64,000 nt of DNA from assembly GCA_040285745.1 (NCBI GenBank), contig JAUFOR010000002.1:124001-188000 (forward strand), in the 5' to 3' direction. The notes beneath the pieces are model-generated. The model made no database searches. It was not told the origin of the DNA and saw only the letters and a list, made by a program, of their open reading frames with translations. The position numbers and the translations under genes were made by a program. Every line of letters begins with the position of its first letter. Within the stretch, counting starts at the first letter, position 1. The DNA is from Barthelona sp. PCE. Taxonomy: Eukaryota. Positions 1 to 10,099 of this stretch are shown in pieces.

Positions 1-2
1 TC

Positions 3-947
3 TTCCGCTCGTCAGAGGCAGCCCCTTTCCATGAGCAGCAGCGTACGGCGCAGACAAAGCGCACATCAGAAGAGATTCTAAGAAATCCAAAGGCGAGCTT
101 CAAGACCGACAGTAATGTTTTAATGAGATACAAGCTCGATGTCACACGCAAGGAGGAGCTACATGAACTGCGCTCCTTTGGCATTTCGAACATTTCTGAG
201 AAAAACATGGCGAGAGCCAGCCCCCGTGTCAAGAGCACACGTAAAAAGGTACGTCGTCCATCTGCAATGGCCCAAAAACCCACGGTTTATGCCCCCATTA
301 TGCACTCGAACGAGCCTACGCCAATTGCTAACAGGCACCAACGAAAGAATCTAACAGACACCGCGCGAAAGATCGATAGGAGAATGAAGGCGAACAGAGC
401 CGTCGCTGTCCCGCCTGCAACAGGAGCTACGTTCCTCGAGACTGTGGCCATCAAACCGAGCGAGGTCGACTTTGGATCTATCGCAAATGGTGGTAACTAC
501 AAGCTCACAGTTAGTATTCAAAACATACACACCCGCAAGGTTCGTGTTAGGATGGCACATGTGCCCAAGCATTTAGAAAATGCAATCAAGTACAAGGTGC
601 CTGTACCAATCATGCCAGGTCTGACCTCGAATCTCTCCATCTATGTTAGGAGCTCTGAGTTACCATTTAACGAACTATTCTCTTTCGAGGTTTCTATCGA
701 GACAGAAACAGCTGTGTATAATCTTCCGTTGTACGCGCAAGTTGTTAACCATGAGGATGTACGCGACCACTCAAACCACTCGACCAATCCCAAGGTAGTT
801 TGTGTATCATACAAGCATGTTGATAGGGCTGTGAGAGAGACAGATGACGAAGATTCATTTGATGCTAAATTCGATTACAGAAACCCAGAAGACCTATCAA
901 TGGATGAGATCGACAACGTTTTGGAAAAAACTGTCAGTAGATACTAA
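3..947 (+). CDS. 3' part of a protein with a C-terminal Ig-like ASH/PapD-like domain (SPAG17/Hydin/CFAP-type ciliary protein); 5'-truncated by the window edge
   Basis: The frame is open from base 3, upstream of the ORF-track start at 123. IKPSEVDFGSI...VSIQN...IMPGLTSNLSIYV...IETETAVYNLPLYAQV fits the ASH-domain pattern. Confidence 0.55.
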   Translation, partial: FRSSEAAPFHEQQRTAQTKRTSEEILRNPKASFKTDSNVLMRYKLDVTRKEELHELRSFGISNISEKNMARASPRVKSTRKKVRRPSAMAQKPTVYAPIMHSNEPTPIANRHQRKNLTDTARKIDRRMKANRAVAVPPATGATFLETVAIKPSEVDFGSIANGGNYKLTVSIQNIHTRKVRVRMAHVPKHLENAIKYKVPVPIMPGLTSNLSIYVRSSELPFNELFSFEVSIETETAVYNLPLYAQVVNHEDVRDHSNHSTNPKVVCVSYKHVDRAVRETDDEDSFDAKFDYRNPEDLSMDEIDNVLEKTVSRY

Positions 948-965
948 TGTAAATTATTTATATTT

Positions 966-2816
966 TTACTCTTCATACTCTTCATACTCAACTACTTCAT
1001 CCCTAACATTCACATGTATGCATTTGGTCAGCTTTGGGATTTCGTCAACTTCTTTTGTTGCTGAAAAAGTACGCTTTCGGAGTGAAAACATGCCTCTTCT
1101 CCTTTCTGCTCTAGGTTTATACTCAATTGAAAATCCTGGTAGCTCTTCATCCAATATAACATTAACTTCACACTTCCCCTTTGGAATCTGCATTACATCC
1201 AACGGAGTGGTTGATTTCTCTGCAACATCAAAAACTGTAACCAGGCATCCAGCACGGCGAACGGCACAAAGTGCAAACTTTGTAAGGGAGTACCATATGG
1301 ACGATATTTGCTCATTACGATAATCAGAATCAAAAGTACATATCTGCTGCAATGCAGAATTATAAACAGCAACATTCATGTCTTCGTCCAAAATGACGCA
1401 GTATTCATCACTGTCTGTAACATATTGTCCTGTTATCTCGGCGGCATGGGGCTCTGTAAGCAACTCAACCGATAGTAATTGGAACTTATCGTAGGACCGT
1501 AAGGCACGTTTTCCACTCATGATTTGAACAGTGTTTTCTTTCACAAACGTCACATCATCAATCAAAGAAATTCGAGAACTGCTGAAAACACATTCACCTG
1601 TTTCGTTACAATATATGCTTACTTTCTTATCAACGACAAGAGCTGAGAATAAATTGCTTGCATACACTGCTGAATGCTTTTTATGCCCCAAAGATCCAAC
1701 TTTTGCAATCCTGTCAAATGGAAGGAGGCCAACAAACGAAATCGAAGATGATTCAGCATTAAACTTGACAATGCTATTGCCAACAACAGTAATGTCTTGA
1801 TGTGAAAACCTAGGGACGCATTTGTGGACCAATTCTACTGCTTTTGTTCGACAATTAAGGGTATAAACACCCAGATCGCAATGTAAAGCGACGATTGTTT
1901 CATCACTCACGAACTCAACACTTGAGATATAGAAGTCAACTGACTTTTCAGTGACTAACTGGAGCTCGCCGTTTCTGAGGCTCATCACATACACTGTTCC
2001 GGCGCTGCAAAAGGCAAAAAGCCACGTGTCATTGTCTGTGTGTGTTACAGAGAAGCAGTCTGGTTTATACTCGAGGTCAAACAGCTCCTCGATGGACGAA
2101 TCATTATCGCTTATAGAATATATTATGTTGTTGTTGCAATAAAATATCTTATTTATAGGAGAATCGACACCACTCTCAATATGACAGTAGTATGATGATA
2201 CGTCTGACTTGAGCAATACAAGATCATTTTCACTATAATTTTTGACATGCAGCAACCCAAAGTGGTGAGAAACTAGAAGATTATTCATCACATGCATTTG
2301 ACTCTCACTTGGAAAAGGTACCGAAAACTGTGAAACTCCAACACTCGTCCTACCGTTCGGTGTACATCTTCCCGGGACAGCTACATTGCCAATAGTGACG
2401 TACACTATGCCAGAACCATCCGTACCATGCTGATAAAAATTGCTTAATCGACCAGCGCCTTCATAACTGCTGAAGGTACATATCTCATCACTAGAGTCGT
2501 CTTTATGGCAAAAAACGGTATATTCCTTCTTGAACCTGTCTGAGTGTGTCTCTGACCAATTTAATATATGGCCCTCGTCAGTTAAATTATAGATCAAATG
2601 AGTTTGGGAACCGATTTCCTTCAATGGCACTTCATTGTAAGCAATTCCGGTACATTCTCTGACTAACTCACCCGTTAGCGTATCGAAAACAGATACATTG
2701 CAACTGTCGCGCTTCAAACCTGTAATTCGTGCAAAAAACTTTCCGTTATGCGAAAATTGAACCCCAACCTGTACAGAAGATAAGGGTTTGCTCTCCAAAT
2801 CAACAAAATGCTGCAT
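966..2816 (-). CDS. Hypothetical beta-strand-rich (beta-propeller-like) protein
   Basis: ORF of about 616 aa from the first ATG (MQHFVD). Repeated short beta-strand motifs such as VQFSHNGKFFA and VSVFDTLTGELV. Confidence 0.55.
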   Translation of the reverse strand: MQHFVDLESKPLSSVQVGVQFSHNGKFFARITGLKRDSCNVSVFDTLTGELVRECTGIAYNEVPLKEIGSQTHLIYNLTDEGHILNWSETHSDRFKKEYTVFCHKDDSSDEICTFSSYEGAGRLSNFYQHGTDGSGIVYVTIGNVAVPGRCTPNGRTSVGVSQFSVPFPSESQMHVMNNLLVSHHFGLLHVKNYSENDLVLLKSDVSSYYCHIESGVDSPINKIFYCNNNIIYSISDNDSSIEELFDLEYKPDCFSVTHTDNDTWLFAFCSAGTVYVMSLRNGELQLVTEKSVDFYISSVEFVSDETIVALHCDLGVYTLNCRTKAVELVHKCVPRFSHQDITVVGNSIVKFNAESSSISFVGLLPFDRIAKVGSLGHKKHSAVYASNLFSALVVDKKVSIYCNETGECVFSSSRISLIDDVTFVKENTVQIMSGKRALRSYDKFQLLSVELLTEPHAAEITGQYVTDSDEYCVILDEDMNVAVYNSALQQICTFDSDYRNEQISSIWYSLTKFALCAVRRAGCLVTVFDVAEKSTTPLDVMQIPKGKCEVNVILDEELPGFSIEYKPRAERRRGMFSLRKRTFSATKEVDEIPKLTKCIHVNVRDEVVEYEEYEE

Positions 2817-2932
2817 ATTGAATGTGCATATTGAATGAAAGTGAAAAAAAAAATAGAATGTTTTACAATGAAACACACGAACGTATGAGATGCTTAAATC
2901 TCTGTATCATTCGTAGCGTTTAACACGATCAT

Positions 2933-3970
2933 TTAGCGTCTTGCTACACGATGGTAGCTATCGTGAGAGTACTTACGGAAGACAGCTTGGAAACGACTTG
3001 TTCTAGCGTTGCTAAGCAAATTCTTCAGGACACGACGGGGTTCCTCGAGCTCAGCTTCAGCGTACTCGGTGTAGTGATGTAAGTTGTCAGACCATCTAGC
3101 ATGACCGTTCTCCTCTAAAGCAACAGAGATAGCAGCGGCAGAAAGCTTGGAAGGTAGGAACTCTAAGGAACGCTCAGAAACAACGGCTAACTCAATGAGA
3201 TAGTGTGCAAGGTACTTAGTGAGCCTGTCAGCACGAGCAGCACGTGTGTAACGTCTCAAGAATGTGAAGGAGGTTGGAGCGGCCAGGTCAAATGTGAGGG
3301 TCTTCAGGAGTAAGCGCTCCATGCGCAATACTTCGCTTGTGGTGTAGGCATTATCGGTAATGTAGACGAAATCCTTAACAACAGGTGTCCAGATCTCCTC
3401 AAACTTGGAAGATAGGAAAAGACATGTGATGCCAACCAGTTGGAGCTTGTTACGACGAACAAGACGACGAGAAAGGAAACGATCCAAATAATTAATTGCC
3501 AAGAAAAGACTCTCGGGAACAAGCTTGAACTTGTGGTGGACGTCGACTAACCAGTCAACAAGGATAGAACGCATGCGGGGGGTTACATCCTGCTGAGTTT
3601 CAAACATACCAGGATTCCATGTGAGGTTCTTCTCCTGTGACTTAAGGTAAGAGTATATTTCAGGAGCGTATTCAGCTGCAAAGAGAGGGTTGTCCATGTT
3701 GGTAGTGTCAATGTCGTACTCAGCCTCAGGAATGTTGTCAACAACGGGAACCATCTGCTCAACATGTTGTACATTTTCGAGAACAGTGTTTTCACGTACA
3801 ATAACTTGAGGCTTGCGGCCTGCGGTGAATCCTTGGTTACCGCTCACCTCACCCAAGGTAGAACGGGTTGAGGTGGAGCGCGCGCTTGGTCGTGATACTG
3901 AAGCAGTTCTGCGAGAGTTAAATCTACCACTACCATTGAAGCTGCGGTTGTTGCGGTACTGATTCATCAT
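2933..3970 (-). CDS. CYCB: Mitotic B-type cyclin
   Basis: Cyclin box MRSILVDWLVDVHHKF, LQLVGITCLFLSSKFEE, and an N-terminal destruction box RSTLGEVSGN. Confidence 0.95.
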   Translation of the reverse strand: MMNQYRNNRSFNGSGRFNSRRTASVSRPSARSTSTRSTLGEVSGNQGFTAGRKPQVIVRENTVLENVQHVEQMVPVVDNIPEAEYDIDTTNMDNPLFAAEYAPEIYSYLKSQEKNLTWNPGMFETQQDVTPRMRSILVDWLVDVHHKFKLVPESLFLAINYLDRFLSRRLVRRNKLQLVGITCLFLSSKFEEIWTPVVKDFVYITDNAYTTSEVLRMERLLLKTLTFDLAAPTSFTFLRRYTRAARADRLTKYLAHYLIELAVVSERSLEFLPSKLSAAAISVALEENGHARWSDNLHHYTEYAEAELEEPRRVLKNLLSNARTSRFQAVFRKYSHDSYHRVARR

Positions 3971-4328
3971 TTTAATGTTATGAATAAAGTCTAAAAAGCA
4001 AATCCATTCAAAAAATGTGCGGACAAAGTTTATAGCTTTCTATACCTAGTTTATGACATTTATGCTGTATATTACAAAATGTAGAGCTATAGAAAAGACT
4101 ATAAAATGCTCATACGTTGAGATAATTCTAGGAGATGAGTAATGCTTATCTTCTGGGGATAGTTATCCTGCTGTAGTACAATAATTCATCATATAATCCA
4201 CGATTATGATAGTATAATGAGTATATAACGACTTTTTCACCATATGCCTGGGTTGTTTACTAATTTTTCTCTACAATGCTTATTGCCTTAAACTATACTT
4301 GCCTCAGCTCGTTCTTCGATAAATGACA

Positions 4329-4985
4329 TTACCTGATGCGTATATCACTGTCACAGCACTCTATTATCTCACCAAAATTATGAGACATGTACACAAATAA
4401 ACAGAAGTCAATGGCACCAACAGACATTTCCGAATCCACGTTTTCCCTCAGATACCCACACAGATCCTGAACGTTCTCAAACTCAAAGCGTTCAAGAAGT
4501 CTTGTTAAGTGCAGGTCTGGTTTGCTTACACTTGAGTATCCTGTGTTCCTTGCAATGTGATAACATGTGATATCACCGATGTATGGAAGAACCTTAAAAT
4601 CCTGAATCTCATTAATGGAGTTAACAAATTCCTGATATGCCTCAATGTTATCTTTAAAACCGTTAAATACGGATCTTATCGCCCTGATCTTGCGTCCATT
4701 CTTAAAGATAATCAACAAAGCTTCCTCATCCTCGCCGTTAGTCTTGATTAGAGCATCATAGAGTTTTGGGGCCAATTTTGCTGCATGCAAGGATCGAAAA
4801 CCACTTGCACAGACGACATATATATATTCATCCATGAAATCCATGAATGATGGAGGCCAACTTCTGCTATTGACGTGATCCAAATCCTTACTGTGATGAG
4901 CCAGTGTAAACTCTCTTGCTGAGGTGAAAAACGCCTCTAAGTCTGATTTTGTCCGGAGGGAATCCAATTTTGATTCTGAAGTCAT
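4329..4985 (-). CDS. Helix-hairpin-helix (HhH-GPD superfamily-like) protein, possible DNA glycosylase
   Basis: HhH motif LPYIGDITCYHIARNTG followed by KPDLHLTRL (Asp after the hairpin). Start taken at ATG 4985. Confidence 0.55.
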   Translation of the reverse strand: MTSESKLDSLRTKSDLEAFFTSAREFTLAHHSKDLDHVNSRSWPPSFMDFMDEYIYVVCASGFRSLHAAKLAPKLYDALIKTNGEDEEALLIIFKNGRKIRAIRSVFNGFKDNIEAYQEFVNSINEIQDFKVLPYIGDITCYHIARNTGYSSVSKPDLHLTRLLERFEFENVQDLCGYLRENVDSEMSVGAIDFCLFVYMSHNFGEIIECCDSDIRIR

Positions 4986-5384
4986 ACTGAAAGTGGACAA
5001 AGAAGAAAAATGAGCTTGATAAATTTGTATCTTTTTTTCAACAGTTAACTGCCTTTATTGTTTATTTAAGCCAAAATTTTGGGTACAAAAAATAATTAAT
5101 GTAAAAAAAACAAAACCTGCGTACCTATTCAAAGCATATGCACATTTAATATTTATTTAACATCCTTTTATTTGGTAAATATTGCTTTTTACGGTTATTA
5201 AACAGTGTAAAAATGTGATATTACTGGAATATCCTACAATGATCTTTACTCACCTTTTAACAACAGCTGAAGTGTCCAAATACTACTATGTCCTAAAAAT
5301 CAGATGGTTGTAACAAAATAAATCTCATTATAAAACTGAATTCCAAAAATTCACCCTTTTCTATTTACTCATCGTTCATGAGCG

Positions 5385-6701
5385 ATGTCAACACTCACAC
5401 AAGAGGAGGTCATTAATAATCTTACGAATTCGGGCAAGAATGATTCTTTTTGTCAATACTTTCGCACATTAAGTATAAGCGATTTAAATAGTCGTGTATT
5501 TTACAAGGCCCTCAAGATATGCGTCACAAACGATATCAAAATGATTCACAAGGTCTACTATTCACTACTACAACTTTTACAGCCTGAGCTTAAATTTGTT
5601 GCAGCAGAAGACGTAGATGAGGAGGAAATCGGTGGAGAAGACAAGGGAGAAATTGTTGTCACGAATGTACCATCATCAATTGTCGATCTAGTTCATTTCC
5701 TCATTTATGATTTACTTGACTTCATTCCAACGTCAACAAACACATTTTGGAAACAGTTGGTACGGGTAAAGCCCGATTCACAGAGTCATCATATGCTTGT
5801 GCAGTCGTACTTAGGCAACTGTCTAAAATTTGCCTCTGAACTACCTTTTCTTTCAATGAGTATCCTACAGACAGTTCTTTTGTTTCTAATAGATGTAGAT
5901 TTGCTGGCTCATAATATGATTAACAATCCCAAAGAATCAGAGAATGCAAGCTATATTCAAACACTTGATTCAGTATTGTTCATGCTTTTCAGATACTTTT
6001 CGAATGTCACAAAGGAGGAAGAATCGAATTTTGAGTTCTTTGACCTCTTTCACAAAACTTTTTTTGATCAACTTGATACTCTCGGATTACAATACCTTGT
6101 TTTCTTAGTTGTTTGTCTTAAGGAGGACAACAAGGACGCCTTTCTTGAATCTTCTTTTGAATCTTTAAGAACTGACTCACTTGATGAGCTCACAATGATG
6201 CATTGGTTAGTTGGTATAACCAGTAGAGTGAAATCACTCAGTCAGCTTGATATTTTCAAGGTTTTAGAGTTTATTAATGTTCTTCTTCACAGCAATTTAG
6301 ATATACTAAGAGTTGAACAAATTTCTCTCATTTTAAGTGGATTGCTTTACATTATCATATATAGAATTGAAGATTTACTGGCTGGGTCCATCAAAGGAAC
6401 AACTATATTTAACCAAAAGATTGTCTTTATCAAAAAACTCATTTTTTCAGAATATGAACAGTTTTCTAAAGTTTTTATTGATAGAGAAGTTTTAATGAGT
6501 TTTGTTGATGTATGTGAATTCTATGATATCGATATCCCCTGTGCATGGCTTGAAACACTCTACAAAAACACATTTGTTGAAGAGCGCAATCCACTTCTAA
6601 AATTCCTCTTCGACCCTTATCCAGAAGTATTGGAATGTAGTAGGAAATTTATTACACAGTCATTTAAGGAATTTAGCAACCTAGAACACGTTAAAAAGTA
6701 A
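5385..6701 (+). CDS. RRN3: RNA polymerase I transcription initiation factor RRN3/TIF-IA-like
   Basis: YLGNCLKFASELPFLSMSILQTVLLFLIDVDL, LDSVLFMLFRY and C-terminal FLFDPYP...SRKFI resemble RRN3 blocks. Confidence 0.7.
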   Translation: MSTLTQEEVINNLTNSGKNDSFCQYFRTLSISDLNSRVFYKALKICVTNDIKMIHKVYYSLLQLLQPELKFVAAEDVDEEEIGGEDKGEIVVTNVPSSIVDLVHFLIYDLLDFIPTSTNTFWKQLVRVKPDSQSHHMLVQSYLGNCLKFASELPFLSMSILQTVLLFLIDVDLLAHNMINNPKESENASYIQTLDSVLFMLFRYFSNVTKEEESNFEFFDLFHKTFFDQLDTLGLQYLVFLVVCLKEDNKDAFLESSFESLRTDSLDELTMMHWLVGITSRVKSLSQLDIFKVLEFINVLLHSNLDILRVEQISLILSGLLYIIIYRIEDLLAGSIKGTTIFNQKIVFIKKLIFSEYEQFSKVFIDREVLMSFVDVCEFYDIDIPCAWLETLYKNTFVEERNPLLKFLFDPYPEVLECSRKFITQSFKEFSNLEHVKK

Positions 6702-6729
6702 ACAAAAATAATTAGGAATAATGGGGTTA

Positions 6730-6863
6730 GCGTGTTTCCCACTGACAGTCCCGTTTTTACTATTCTGATATTTAGACCGAAGTCCCGCGTGACGAGCGGT
6801 ATCAGAAAAGACTGTCAGCAGCTCCTTTCACATGAAACAGCGTCTTATTTATACTACAGACGC
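6730..6863 (-). ncRNA. Unidentified structured RNA candidate (rod with a branched end)
   Basis: Minus-strand stems UGCUGACAGUC/GACUGUCAGUG, UUCUGAUA/UAUCAGAA and UGUUUC/GAAACA. The end branches into CCGC-7nt-GCGG and GAC-UUCG-GUC (a cUUCGg tetraloop). Confidence 0.5.
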
Positions 6864-8315
6864 AAAAAGTAGTTTAACACAGTAAAAATGTATATGGTCT
6901 ATATTTGGGGTGTAATTTACACACCTTTCAATGTGAATAAAGAGTGAAACCCACTAACAGCTTCATTTTTACAAAAACCTTAACTTTAATATGTTAATAG
7001 TTCGTGGACAGCTCATCCCTACTTCCCTTAACAATATCTAAAAGTAAGAATTAACAAACAACTTCGATGCCTGCAGATCAATATTCGCTTCTGATATTCT
7101 CTTCTAATGTGATTTACAGAACTAACACTATTGTTTTACCAATTGTTTCAATTCTAAAATCTTAAAAATGCAGATTTAAAACGTGCCACCCAAAAAATTC
7201 GCAATCTGCAAACTGAATTTGTCACAATCATGATTCTGTATGTGTGTGACGCAAAGTATACAACCATTTTGTACGCATGGATTGAGAAACAAAACTTCCT
7301 ATTTTGTAAAAAAGTGAAATCTTGTAGAGAACCTTAAATATGATTGTAAAGTTGCTTAATACACTGTAACATAAGTAACAAACAAAATACAAAGCAAATA
7401 GCAGAAGAATTGTCAATACAAGCAAATATTTACACAAACTTGACTTCTTTATATATTATGATTAAAATTGTTATTGCATCGCGGATTGGGCACTCAGCTA
7501 TGATCCCAGACGATGCTGGGGGTTGAACTGAAGCTCACTATCAATGCTATTCTGCTTCGACCTATAAGATAGATAAATATGTGGGTTATTGCGTCACAGG
7601 CACCTTCATCATTGCTTTACACAACTCGGGTTACTTGCATCAGCGGAAAAAGGTCGAAAACTAAAATTCACAAGTTGCTATGCAGCTCTATCATTCCATA
7701 ACCATTCGTGCAATGAGCTAATAAATTACAACGAGCACTTTGATAATGATTTTTTTTGTCTAAGTTTATGAGGCATATAGAAAGAATTTTTGACCTCTAT
7801 TTTCTTAGTTGAGTATGATATGCTTAGCGCTATGATGCCTTCAATGAATCCTCCAGATCACTGAGTGATTCATTCTTGCTTAAAACAATGGACAGAGATA
7901 CATTTACTAAATAAAATCATGCTAAATTGATAGCTATAAAGAGTATTATGAAAGTCTTTTAACTTACTGCGTTCTCCCTTTTTACCCAATAAAGGGGACT
8001 GTAAGTTAAAGCAAAAACTGCCGGGCTCATAATTCTCCAAAATACTTTCAAAAAATATCATTGCTCCAATAAAAAGATGCTTTTTGAGGTGGATAAATCA
8101 CAAATAATAGTATAAACATCGAACAAACATTGTTTAAACAGCCAAAAATCTCACACAAGGACTAAACCTCATGTTGAATCATTATTAGCAGCTAATTTCG
8201 TAGTGGTAGCACAATAAATTGCTTAAAATCCCAAGAAATTGAAAAAAGGAGGAAGAATGACAAAAACCTGCTTTCAGTTTTATTTCTTGATTTCTACCCT
8301 TAATACATTTTCTAA

Positions 8316-9795
8316 ATGCAGGTTCGTGACATTAACAGTATTTCGTCTTACATACCAACACAAAAACTAACATTTATTCGACTTTCAACACGCCATTTCT
8401 CAAAAACCTATACACAAGGCCCCTCCTACTGTTTCTAACATCCAACCCCCGAACAAGCAGCAAAGGACCCCATTGAAACCTGATGTTGTAATCGAAACTT
8501 CAGTCACAACACTGGAATCAACTCCTAATTCAACTACAGAAGTTGAGCTGGTTTCACCATCTTGCAAACCCAACAAGGATGTTTACGTTGAGAAAGAGTA
8601 TGAACCGACAACGACTACCCCTTCTAAAGCTCCCAACCTACAGCCAACGACCGCTACAAAAAGCAAAAAACCAAAAGCACCGAAAACCAAGCCCGTTGCA
8701 ACCAAAAAAACATCCGAGGTCATTGATATAGATCTCCCTGAACCCGAAAACACCCAGGATCACATCGAAAACTGCACGAAAATCTATGATCAGATGAAAC
8801 AGCGCATTGCCGACCCTCAACGCTGCGAAGCCACACGCTATCCGCTCGACGTGGGTGACAAAATAATCTGGATCCCACAGGCCACCGAGAACGTCATTTC
8901 TCACTACAAGGATGAGGAATACGAACGTCCCAACTCTGAGCACTGGAACAATCCCTACGGATGCGTTATGGGTATCGTCACCGGGGTCCAAGACAGCCAT
9001 ATCTATGCGTATCAGCAGAGAATCACAATCAGTGAGCTCGATGCCCAATGCGTCAGTGATATCTCATCATCTGTCCATTCCTTTCTGTATGAGGACGATC
9101 ACGAGCTGAACGGCGCATCGTACACGCTCCCATACATGGAGATATTCGACAGCGATGTCCCCGTTTGCGTTATCACAGGCATGGCTCTTGCTCAGTCACT
9201 GGAACAGAAACCTAACAAGCACCCTTACTTTCATATGTACTACGGGTGCACTGATGACCCAACGCAGGTTCAAATTCATGAAGGTCGTGTGTGGGATACG
9301 CGTCCGTTTCAGGATACTTTTCCAAACTCACTTTTCAATAAGTACAAGGTCATCTGGTACGACACCCTCATGTCGGGCGAGTATGCCATCTCTATCGGCC
9401 AGTGCGAGCGCTATGTTTCACCATGGGAGGTTACCCTTGACTCGGAGGAGAACTACGCGTTCAAGAATAGTTACACTAACCAGGACGCAACAGTAAGGGA
9501 GAAAATTGTTGCGCTCCTTACAAGCATCAAGGACATGGAGGGATTTAAATCTTTGCTGAATAAGCCAACCAGTACTGAATGCATGGGCTACAATCAACGC
9601 TTCCCTAACGCCATTGATCTCAAGACGGTCGCCAAGCGCTGCGGCACATACAAGACCTTTAATGAGTTCATTGATGATATTGAAACTGTTGTACAACAAG
9701 CAAAAGAATGGAATAGTCCCGATCGTATCCAGTACATTGCTGCTGAGATGATTGAAAAGCGCATCGCACAGGCCCTCGATCACTATGCCCAATAA
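8316..9795 (+). CDS. BRWD1/PHIP-like protein (ancillary Tudor-like domain plus bromodomain, no WD40); the 5' exon join is inferred
   Basis: YPLDVGDKIIWIPQ and PFQDTFPNSLFNKYKVIW...VSPWEV match the BRWD/PHIP ancillary domain. GYNQRFPNAIDLKTV...QAKEWN is a bromodomain. The main frame is open from 8371; ATG 8316 needs an intron to join it. Confidence 0.7.
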
Positions 9796-10099
9796 AACTA
9801 CCCAGTTAACTTTGAGAAGAGGAATAAAATTCAATACAGTCACGCCACATAATCTCTTTCGCTTCTTCTGCAAGCCACATGAAAACTGCAAATATCCCAG
9901 GCTACCAATGCAAATTAGCTAAAAACAGTCGGAAAATTCAGATCAGGGGTTTATTCTGGGAAGAAGCATCCTTAAAACACATATTCCTCCTTTGAGAACC
10001 AATTACGGTTAATATATATCCCAAAGAAAGGCAGGAATATTGTGTATTTAAGCTAGAACGTTGCTTTTGTATTTTTTACCCTTTCATTAAACTAAAACC

